NCBI GenBank assembly: GCA_965112735.1
Contig: OZ218951.1
Span: 868,001 to 932,000 of the forward strand
Length of the DNA stretch: 64,000 nucleotides
Source of the DNA: Phaeosaccion multiseriatum
Taxonomy: Eukaryota; Protista; Ochrophyta, other classes
Reading direction: 5' to 3'
Part shown: in pieces, positions 50,821 to 60,851 of the stretch
How positions within the stretch are numbered: position 1 is the first letter of the stretch
Layout: every line of letters starts with the position of its first letter
Notes under the pieces: model-generated
What the model saw: the letters and a program-made list of their open reading frames with translations, nothing else
What the model was told of the DNA's origin: nothing
Databases searched by the model: none
Program-made: the position numbers and the translations under genes

Positions 50821-51049
50821 CCTCCTGCAACACCAGCAGCAAAAGCAGCAGCAGCAAAAGCAGCAGCAGCAGAAGCAGCAAGCTCCGTCGCTGGATCTCT
50901 TAAAGCAGAGCACAGGGCGGGTGTCCATGACGAATGGAACAGGAGGGGGAGGGGGAGGGGGAGGAGGTCACTCATCTGTCTCGTCTCACTCCTCTGCTTT
51001 AGCGGGCCCTCTGTCGCCATCGGCAGCGAGCAGCCAGGCCTTTCTCTGA
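46904..51049 (+). CDS. 1381-aa intronless low-complexity protein with RFxV motifs, coiled coil and polyQ
   Basis: Long ORF; YRGRFRVKDV, KRGRFMVRAI; LLETIVVQNASILQRIAALE; coiled coil LMESLKVEAEE...LEEEKKK. Confidence 0.8.
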
Positions 51050-51389
51050 CAAGCGAAATGAAAGGTCAATCATTTTCCTTTACAAGTCGTCAGTCCGTTC
51101 AGTGCAGTGGGAGGTTTGTGGGCCCCCCTTCTTTTTACCCTTTTTATTGCTAACAATTTGTAGGTTGTAGTTTGAATGTAGGCACTTTTTCTCCCTTGGG
51201 AGAGGCATGATACATGGAAAACCCTTCACACGTGCAGTGAAGCAAGAATAAGAACACGCAAGACTTCTTCCCCCCTTCCTTCATTCCTTCCTTACTGACT
51301 TCCTGCCCTGCCTTTCTTCATTCTGGCTGCCTGCCTGCCTGCCTGCCCTCCTTCGTGTCACACGGGGTGGTCCCTCCTGCTATTGTAAG

Positions 51390-52906
51390 CTACACCAATC
51401 CATCGCCCTCCGACGGCGCCCACGAGGACGAAGAAGACGACGAAGAGAAGGAAGAAGAGCCGACCAGGCCAGACGACATTGATCCAGAAGTTGGTGATAC
51501 AGCAGAAGCACCACCACCACCAGCGGCAGCAGCAGCAGCAGGGCCGCTGTTGTCAGCCACTACGAAGCCAACAGAGGGGGCTCCGAGTTCCACAGCGGAC
51601 GCCTGGGCGTGTTGGTTCTTCGCGCGAGGAGTCCGAGAAGGGCTTGGCGACGACGATGCTCTTGTAGGCCCAGCGGGCGGAAGGCATTGCTTGTCATGAC
51701 TGCGCCTCTGCCACCTCTTCCCGATTGCTCCTCCCACTGCTGCTGCTGCTGCTGCTGCTGTATCACCAACTGCTACTGGCAGGCCAGTGGGGGTGGCGAT
51801 GCTGCTGACGCTGAGAGCCTGCTCGATGAGTGCTTCAGAAAAGTCTGAGCTGAGGAGGAAGGGGTGCAAAAGGTTGTCCGTCGCTACTCCGGCAATCTCC
51901 TCATAAGCCCTCTGCAGTACATCAGCCCGAGCGGTGGCGGAGGGAAGCTGTGGGTGGGGGAGGGAGGGAGGGAGGGAGAGAGAGAGAGAGGGAGGGAGGG
52001 AGGAAGTGCGTGAGGAAGGGGGCTATTGGACGTGTGGACAAGTGAGCGAGTGCGTGAGTTAGTGCATGTGTGGGTGCGTGAGTGTGTGTGCGTCTCTCTC
52101 GCTCGTCTCTCTTGCCTGTAGGAAAGTGTCGAGGTGCGTGTAGCGGAGCACCTCGCTGCGCATCTTGGAGTTGATGTTGACCTGAGCAGTGCACAACACA
52201 AACCGCAAGCAAGATGTGGTCAATAAGGCAACAGCGGCGTGGGGAGAGATGGCACTTGAGGACGGACACAACCATATGCCTATGCTCCAAACTCGAACTC
52301 CAAAGCTCACCTCCAGTATACTGTCCTCCTTGATGAACATCCGGATGATGTCCTGCAGATCGCCATATTCGAGCAGGAGAGGCGACAACCGCTTCGCCTC
52401 ACTGCCTTCGCCCGTTCTTCCTCCTCCTCCTGCTGCTGCGGCGGCGATGGTGGCGTGTGCCTCCGTTTCCCTGAGGCTCCGCTCTCCTGTTTGAGAGGCC
52501 CTCCGTGTGTGCAGCAGCTGCCCCAACAGGCTCTGTGTCTGTTGCTTCTCTTGCTGTACCACCAACTGCTCTGGTACCAACTGCTGTGGCTTGATCCGGA
52601 CTCCCAGCAGCCGGCTCTTCATCCAACTCTCCTTCCGCATGCGCTTCCTCCCCCTTGCGGCCGAGACAGACCGTTCCGATTGGGACTCTGTCGGGTGAAC
52701 GCTACTCGCCCCTGCCTGACCTCCTCGCCCTCCTTCTGCTGGACCTCCTTCTCCTCCTCCTCGCTCTCCTTTATCTCCTTCGTCTCCTTCGTCTCCTTGC
52801 TCCCCTCTTTCTCCTCCTCCTATTTCTCCCCCTCCTGCTGAACCTAACCCTCCTCCTCCTTCCTCTCCTAGCTCTCCTCCTCCTCCTCCTCCTCCTCCTC
52901 CTCCTC

Positions 52907-52937
<31 letters not shown>

Positions 52938-55617
52938 TCCTCCTCCTCCTCCTCCTCCTCCTCCTCCTCCTCCTCCTCCTCCTCCTCTTTCTCCTCCCCT
53001 TGCTGAGCCTCCTACTCCTCCTCCTTCGTCTCCTTGCTCCCCTCTTTCTCCTCCTCCTATTTCTCCCCCTCCTGCTGAACCTAACCCCCCTCCTCCTTCC
53101 TCTCCTTGCTCTCCTCCTCCTCCTTCTTCTCCCCCTCCTCCTCCTCCTCCTCCTCCTCCTCCTCCTCCTCCTCTTCCTTCTGCTCCTCCTCCTCCTCCTC
53201 CTCCTCCTCCTCCTCCTCCTCCTCCTCCCCCTCCTCCTCCTCCTCCTCCTCCTCCTCCTCCTCGTTGTCCTACCGCCTCCCCTACCGCCTCCGATCCTGT
53301 TGCGACCAGCAGCGGTTTCTGCTCGCCCTCTTCCTCCTCCTCCTTTCCCCCCTCCTCCTCCTGGCGCTGCTCCTGCATTAGCAACTGCTCCTGTTTCACC
53401 ACGCCCTCTTGATACTCATGCGCAGCAACAAGAAAGTCGATATTCTCTGCCCCGAGACACTTGACGGCATGGTGATGGAAGCGAGCCCGCACGAGGTTAG
53501 CGTTCTCTTGCAAGAACAGCATGTCCTCCATCGTCCCATAGAGGTATCGAGCATACATGAGACAGCCCTCCGTAAGCCTCTCTCTCGAGGTAAGCATCTC
53601 GAGCCCTTGCCACTCCGGCGGCGGCTCGGACAAGATGCCCACGCTGAGACGCGGGACGGTGCGACGCTTGACCGTCGCGCATGGCCGCTCTTGTGGACAC
53701 TTGCTGCCCTTTCTGTCCCCTTCGTACTGCTGCTGCGCCATCCCCATACCGCTGCTGACGGTAGCGATGCCTATGCTTGTGCCGCCTCCTCCGCCTCCCC
53801 CTCCTCCGCCTCCGCCTCCCCCTCCTCCGCCTCCCCCTCCTCCTCCTCCTCCTCCTCCTCCTCCTCCTCCTCCTCCTCCTCCTCCTCCTCCTCCTCCTCC
53901 TCCTCCTCCTCCTCCCTCTTCCATGGTGGCAGCTGGATCGAGACCCGCGCCCTCGTCACTCCGGCGGTGCGGGAGAGAAGGAGGAAGAAGACTGAGACAG
54001 TCACCAAGCTGTGGTCCGCGTGTCGAGCTCTCCCCCAGCAGACCTTCAATACCAGCAGCAGCCATTCTCTCCTGCTCACGTTGTTGCCGTCGATTGCTGA
54101 TCGAGGAAAGGGTTCTCAAGACCCGAGGGGGAGTGTGGCTATGGTTGTTGTGGTGACGGTGGCGGTGCTGGTGGTGGTGACCGCGACGATGCTTCTTGCG
54201 GACGTGAAGTCGGATCAGGGGCAGTACCGTTGAGCCGAGGATACCTGCTGTGGTGCAGGGTAACCACAGAAGAATGGCCGCGGGGGAGACGCTCTTGTCT
54301 CCGTAACGTGCCAGCGCCACAACAAACATGTAAGGAATGGCGGACAGGAGAGTGCCCCCCACGATGACCGCCATCTCCTCGTGGAAGTTCACCCTGTCCT
54401 TACGGAGACGGATGGCCGCGAGAGCCGCCATGAGTGTGGCCAGCACAAGGACCAGGACTGGAAGCCACACCTGTTCCATTGGGAGTGGGCGGGTTGGCGG
54501 GCGGGCGACACGATCCAGGGAGGAAGAGAGCAAGGGATGTTCCATGGGATGTATGTATGGTATGTAGTCTAGATGTTCTGCCTTCGGTTCCCATAGCTTT
54601 GCTTTGCCTACGCACACAAACACGCACACACCCAGCCCCTTCACACATACACACACATACACACACGCGCACACACGCGCGCGCGCACACATATACATGC
54701 ATGGATGCAGTCACATGCGGTCAGGCGCTCAAGGGTGCGTCCGTGTTCCTTCTCCTTGTTGGCAGCAGGCTCGTGTCAGACCACCACCCCAGCAGTCCCT
54801 TCTTGCCACTCTACCGCGACGCACCGTTGGCGGAGTGAAGACGAGGCAGGAGGAGGAACTGTTCCTCCTTCTGTCCACAAGTATCTGCAGGCCTGACGCG
54901 AGAGCTGCCAAGGCCAAGCACCCCTGAAAGAGTCGCGTGCGTGTTGACCGTCTCAGCAGCTGTGGGTAGCGTTCTCGCCACTGCTGGTCCCCTTTCACTA
55001 TCATGCTGAGGGTGCGTATGAAGTAGGAGGCCCAGCTTAAGACAAAGGCCCAATTGGCGCATGTGTTCACTGTTTGGAAGTAAATGTATGCGACAGTCAG
55101 CGGCAGGGAAGAACGGCAGAGAGGGGGGGGGGTGGGCAGGAAGACAACACGCAGGTCAACTGATGGCGGATTCATATACCCTTTGGAGCGAGGAAGGAGA
55201 TGGGAAGGGAATTGTGCAGCGGCAAACGGGGACAGATGGAGCCAGACAGAAACATCATTCCCCGCTCCCCCTCACAGGCATCCTTGCTACTCGGTCACTC
55301 CTTACCTTCGCAGCTCCATACCCAGCCCAGCTGTCGACAAGCCTCCTGCAGAAAGCAGATTACGCCTCCACAAACTGTCGAGAGTACTGCACTGGTGATT
55401 AAAATAATACGTTTATAATACGAAACGAGGAAGGATCAGCCACGAGCAAGGAAGAAGCATTGGGCCTCCTGCGCACCCACCTCGTCAGTGCAAGAAAAGG
55501 GCCTCGAGCCCTAATGAAGGAGTGAGACCGCGCTCTCCAATACAGTAACATCACAATGCCGCTCCCGAGCGTGTAGCATACGGAGAGCGATAAGAGCGCC
55601 ACTCCCAGCGTTCTCAT
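51390..55617 (-). CDS. 7TM-RGS protein (regulator of G-protein signalling with N-terminal multi-TM region)
   Basis: Exons 55617-55481, 55391-55306, 55069-54825, 54470-52311, 52181-52116, 51947-51390 (last intron GC-AG). TM1 followed by FIRARGPFL. RGS motifs: FHHHAVKCLGAENIDFLVAAHEY, IIRMFIKEDSILE|VNINSKMR, AYEEIAGVATDNLLHPFLLS. Confidence 0.85.
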
Positions 55618-55877
55618 CTTGCCGCCTCAGCGAATCCTTCTCAAGTGGGGAAGCACTGAGGCAGACATTGATCAGGGTTGCCTCCTACGACCCCCCCTCC
55701 CCTTCTCCTCACCCCTGTACATCTACAGCACAAAGTAAGAGTCTCCGGCGGAGGCCGCGGGTAAAAAAGGGGTAGACGAATGAAGAGCAACCCTCGGGGT
55801 CGGAAATTCTTTTAGTCGTTGTTTTCTGAAACGCCTTTTATCGTGGAACTGACCCGTGACGGTATCCCTCCTACTCC

Positions 55878-55975
55878 CGACCCTGACAAGGTTCTGGGTT
55901 CCAGGTTCTGGCCGGCGCCAGCCGGCCAGGTTCCAGGTTCTGGCCTGGGTCGCCTCAGAACCTTGTCAGGGGTCG
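55878..55975. repeat. Short element with perfect 16-bp inverted repeats and internal direct repeats (MITE-like or hairpin)
   Basis: CCCTGACAAGGTTCTG 55881-55896 / CAGAACCTTGTCAGGG 55956-55971; internal GGTTCCAGGTTCTGGCC twice. Confidence 0.7.
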
Positions 55976-56548
55976 ACTTCCTGTTTCTTTTCTTTTTTTA
56001 TAAAAAATTTAATTAAAATTATGCGCTCCTTTCCCTTCGCTCGGCTCGTTCAAGAAACACGCGGCACAGCGGTCCACACACACGCCCACACCACTTCCCG
56101 TCCCCTCCCCTCCTCCTTCCAAACCATACATCACATAAGTATCGCCCTCCTACGCCTCTCCCCTCGTCTCTTCTCTCTCTCCCAACACCCATGTACAGAC
56201 ACCCCTCTCCCTCGCTGCTCTCCACTCCTCCGGCCCGCTGCCGCCCCTTCGGCTTCGGCCGGCACGGGTTCTCATTCACAGCCCTCAAAAGCCACCTCCT
56301 GTCGCTCGCCGCTCGCCGCTCGCCGAGAAAAATCAGCTGACGCTCCACAACTCCACTCCAGCATACTCTCTCACTCCACCTCTGCCCCGCAGCAGACGGC
56401 CAAGCGCCGCTTTACCGCACACGGGTGAAGAGAGAGAGTGGAAGACCACCCACGTCCCCTACAGCAACCGAGGCAGCAAGGGATGTACGGCCACTTCCTG
56501 CATCAAATCGACCGCCAATAGACGGACAGACAGAGCTCGCTTTCTCTC

Positions 56549-58037
56549 TCATCGTACTCCAGCGAAAGTCCCTTCCTCTCTCTCCTCACCCCACTTCTCC
56601 ATCTGTGAGAGGGGCAATGAGAAGAACGTGCAGCAGAAGGGAGCAGTCAAATCAAGGAGAGATGAGACGATACAAGTAGGCAGGGTTTCGATGGAAGCGG
56701 ATGGAACAATGATCCAAGGGAGGGAGGAAGCGGGGTGTCTCCAGCGCCATGGTGTCACACCACACTTCTACAGGTCACATTTTTCGCTGTGTTGTGCCCT
56801 CTCTAGGCAGAGGGACGGGCAGGTAAGCACAAAATAACCCGAACAAAAGGACACATTTGGGCACTGCCACCCCCACCATTCAATCCCTACCGTACCCCAC
56901 CGAGGCGGAATGGCAGCAAACAATTGGCCCTGTTCAACTACCATACCATCGTACCTGTCATCACGCCCTGGCAAGGAGCGGTATGAATGATTCGGACAGA
57001 ACTAATGCCAACAACCCGCCCCTCCCCCCCCTCCTCGCTCTCAATCTACCTATCTCTCTATACCTCTATATTTCTCTCACTCACACACACACTCTCTGCC
57101 AGAGCTCCCCAGTCAGGCTTGATTTCGATTACGGGGCTTGTGGATGGAGCCAGCCACCACTTTCTCTCTTCCTGTGAACGGTTGGTTCTTCTGTATGCAT
57201 AGCCCTAGCGACAACAAAGAGACCAAGGACACCCATTCATCCTTTCATTACTTTGCTCTTTTTCTCTGTCCCACACTCTCTACGGGCAGAAGGACAGGAG
57301 GTTTGGCCAAACAGACACCCACTTGGGGAACTCGAAACCAACTGGAAACCCCCGACAGGAAGCCTCCGCAAACCTCGGGTACTCACCCAATCATCGGGAC
57401 AGATGGAGTTGGCGAGCTGCTTCATGTCAGCGCAGGCGTCCTCGTCGCCGTCGTTCTTCTTCACGCACAGAACATACTCATTGTATCGGTTCCTACGCAA
57501 GAGAGGACAAGAACGAGAGAGAGAGTGAGAGTGAGAGAGAGAGGGTGATCGAGAGAAGAGGACGAGAATGGGGGGGGGGGGAGGAGGGGCGGCCGGAAAC
57601 ACACTAAAGAGCAGGACAAGGGCAGCGAAGTGAATTCCTTTCTCGTAGTACAGATGCCATACTCAGGAACACAAGAAGGGCGAGGGGGGGAAGCATGAAA
57701 TGCCCCACGTAAAACAGTCGCATCAAATAAGGCGAGAGGCAAACGGACCCGTGCCTCTGGCGAGACACACAGGTAACGGAGGAACTAAGCGAAGTGGGGG
57801 GCAGCAGCCAAGCTTCCAAGGAAGGGAACAGCAAAAGAGCCGTTTGCGTGCAATAAGCAGGTCCTTTCCTCCAACCGAAACAGGATTGCCGTCTGCACCC
57901 CTCCCCCTCTTCCCTCTCTCGTCCCTCTCTTTCTCTCACCAGCAATGGTTGGCCTGGTTGTGTTGGGGGAAGCGGCTGTCCATAGGGGTGGTCTTCAGGA
58001 TGAAGCCCTCAGGCAGCTTCTTTCCTTCTTCGCTCAT
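56549..58037 (-). CDS. COX6B: Cytochrome c oxidase subunit 6B (Cox12)
   Basis: Exons 58037-57940, 57492-57387, 56602-56549: TTPMDSRFPQHNQANHCW|NRYNEYVLCVKKNDGDEDAC...ICPDDW|MEKWGEEREEGTFAG. Confidence 0.93.
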
Positions 58038-58194
58038 CGTGTTCGCCGCTGCTGTATAAGAGAGAAGGAAGCGAGCAGGAGCAGAGTGACGCAACCCGGG
58101 GGTGGGCTTCTGCCCGTATGCCTGTACTTCATTGACATACTCCATTTTTTTTTCTTCCTGATTTTTTGTTTTCCTTCCCCTCTTCCCGCCCTGC

Positions 58195-58247
58195 CCTGAT
58201 TACTGATTATGGCGCCAGCCGGCCTGATTACTGATTATGGCCGGCGC
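58195..58247. promoter_or_regulatory. Candidate upstream element: CCTGATTACTGATTATGGC direct repeat around GGCGCCAGCCGGCC
   Basis: Repeats at 58195-58213 and 58223-58241, about 160-200 bp upstream of the COX6B ATG; the 14-mer is shared with 55914-55927. Confidence 0.35.
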
Positions 58248-58429
58248 ACACCGTAATCTTGTCCAGGGGAGGTGAGTGGTAACTATAGAAAGAAAGGGAA
58301 AAAGGAGAAGGAAAGGATGAAGTGCGGTGAAAAGGGGGTGATGGATAAACTAGACCAGGGTGGATGGTGTGGTGGGGCGGCGAGGCGGGGATGTGTGACG
58401 GGGGTGACGCTGGGGGGATCTGTGGGTGC

Positions 58430-59680
58430 CTACTTGGTGCGCACTGTTTGGCTGCGTGATGGTTGACTCACTCTTGCTGCTCTGGCGTGCGCTGGGTGTC
58501 CTTTGTGTCTTCTGTCCTGCCTACAGGCCCTCAGGCCCCCGCTCCGTCGATGGCTCCCATGAGCTCCCAGTCGAGGGTTTCCGCTCCTGATGCTGCGTCC
58601 TTGTGGCTCTGAGGAGGGTGCCGTACCTGATCTCCCTCTGAGAGAGGGCTCGCTGAAGGGCGATGTAGAGTTGCTGGCACAGGACGCCCTTGATGGGCCC
58701 CTTGGCTGCTGCCTCTGCTGGGCCAAGCCCCCGTGAGGCCTTGTGGATGGCCATCGCCTCGATGAGCTCCTCCGTTTGGTGGCCCAGTCTGCCGTACGTC
58801 TCGATTGCAATGCATTTCAGGGTTGAAGTCCCGGGCAGAAACTGCCCAGGTAGTGAATGCGTTTGCGCTCTTCTGCGGCGGCTGCTGCGTAACCTGGTGT
58901 CGTGGATGCTAGGTCCACGTGTGTGGGTGCGGTGGGGTTGGTGGCGGTGACATCGCAGAGGAGGTTTCTCCGCAGGGGCGTGTCTGCCCCCGGGAAGCTG
59001 CTGCAGGGTACGTGAGGTCCATCCTGAGTTCTCGTCCCGCCCTGGTGTCCGTGGGGCCGTCGAAGCAGGTCTGGTCCTCTACTCGCGCTCCGCCGATGCT
59101 CACGCTGGCCATCATCCTCCCGAAGGCCTTGACGAGGAGGTGGTACGTGTGGTTGTGCAGGGCTGTGCGCGGGCAGATGGTGGCATGGCTGGTGCTTGCC
59201 GTGCGGGTGCAGCCTTTTCCGAGGCAGGATGGGGGGGGGTCTGCATATGGTGTGTTGATGCGGAGATTGCGGCGCAGGCCATGGCTGGTCCACTCTGCTG
59301 GGACCATTATGTTGTGGCCGTGGGGGAGTGCTCCAAGGAAGGCCATGGCTCCCCTTCCGCTCTGTGAGTGGAGTCGGGCTGCTGCCATGGCTTGCGTCTC
59401 CTCCGCCCTCTGGGCCTCCGCCGGCGAGACGTCGATGGTGGTCGTGCTCTGCGCCAGCTCCTCTTGGCGGCGTTTCTGTATGTGGGTGTTGAGGGCCTTT
59501 TGGGTTCCATGGGTCGGTGGGCGTCCTCCCTGATCACTCCTGTGTACGTTGCGTCTCGCCGGGTCTTGAGCTTGTTGGTCAGGCGGGTCGAGCACAAGTG
59601 AGTATGCTTCGTCGAACTCGTCCTGCCCTACTGCTTAGGGGTGTGAAAAGGGTCGGATCAAAGGAAGGTTGTGTGTGTCC
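58430..59680 (-). mobile_element. Decayed, 5'-truncated CRE-clade-like (RLE-type) non-LTR retrotransposon, C-terminal region
   Basis: Across frameshifts: QKALNTHI...ARLHSQSGRGAMAFLGALP...LRRNLRI; zinc knuckle CLGKGC...HATIC; VE...RMDL...LCDVTATNP...AEERKRIHY...AIETYGRLG...LYIALQR. No RT domain seen. Confidence 0.8.
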
Positions 59681-60585
59681 CGTGGAGCTGCGGTCAAGAG
59701 GTGTAGCGAAGGGGGCTGTAAGAAGTACCCTTAGCGTGGTTTGGGTGGGATGTGCATCAGACACGCACGAATGAAACGAGAGAGAGCAAAGCCGCAGGTT
59801 GGGGGGGCTTCAGTGTGTGCCTGGATCCAGGCGACGAGCTGCGACCGACATCCGTGGGAGAGGAGGGAAGCGAGCAAAACGTCCAGCCAAGGAAGAAGAC
59901 AATGAGGAGGACGAAGGGGAGGAGGAGAGTGGGGAAGGATTGGTTGCGGGGCTGGGGCTCCATGTCGGGGACGAGGTTCAGCTGCCCGCTGGTCTTTGGA
60001 AGGAGCTGGAGGGTGATGGGGCTGATGCCGCCACAGTCTGCCTGGGCCGTCGAGACACAGAGCTGTCGAATGGCGTGGTGGTGACTGTGGGCCGGAGGAA
60101 GGTGCGGCTACTGCCCTACTGTGCGATCCGCACCAAGAGGAAGGGGGCCGGTGTGGAGAGCGTTTGTATCTGCCTACCACCGCTATCGCTCAGGCGGAGG
60201 AGGGAGTGATGCTGAGGATGAGGAGCAGAACGAGGAGTGGGCATTGCTGGAGGAGAGCATGGTGACGGCGAGTGAGAGGAAGAGGCGTGGGCGTAAGGCG
60301 CTGCGAGCGTGCGAGCGTGTGGAGGGCCCTAGCTTAGGACCTGAGATGTAGACCTGATGGCGAGAAGTGGTGTGTCAGCAGCGGGCAGCACCGGGCTTGT
60401 CGGCTCTTAGATGGCCCTCTTAGATATGCTCTGACAGGGAGTGGATTGCTCGGCTTATCCTAAAGCAATACAAGTAATACGGGCTCTGGTTATTGTGTTT
60501 AGGTAGTGCAGAGGAGGCCGACGAACTGCGCCAAGCTCCCTGCCGTCCCTCCCCAGGGCATCACGTAGAGGCAACAGAGGGGGTA
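59680..60585 (+). repeat. Dispersed repeat copy B (homolog of 36220-37186)
   Basis: RCSEGGCKKYP*RGLGGMCIRH; LHVGDEVQLPAGLWKELEGDGADAATVCLGRRDTELSNG; in-frame stop and a 10-nt deletion. Confidence 0.75.
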
Positions 60586-60851
60586 ATCTCTCCACTTTGC
60601 CTGCCGGTGGAGTGAGGCCGCTGGGTCCCCCGACAACTTATGCCCCTTCCTAATGAGTGGACTACCAATTGCCGCACAATTCATAATTCCTCAATTCCTC
60701 CCCGATTTTGGCGGCCAAGCCCGAATAAGAAAATTTCTAAAAAAAGAATGAAGTGCCCAAGGCCCCATCCAATTTGGTCGGCAGGGGAGCAACAGCGCCA
60801 CGGGGAAGAGGCCTGGCGCGAGAGAAAGGCCCCACAACCCAGCGTGGCAAG

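Noticed and set aside
52655-54233. Long + strand poly-Leu/Ser/Pro ORFs
   Set aside because: Antisense shadows of the (GGA)n-rich exon of the 7TM-RGS gene.
36220-60585. Repeat copies A and B as terminal inverted repeats of one 24-kb transposon
   Set aside because: The copies are diverged and coding-derived, no transposase or TSD is visible, and the enclosed genes are ordinary host genes such as COX6B.
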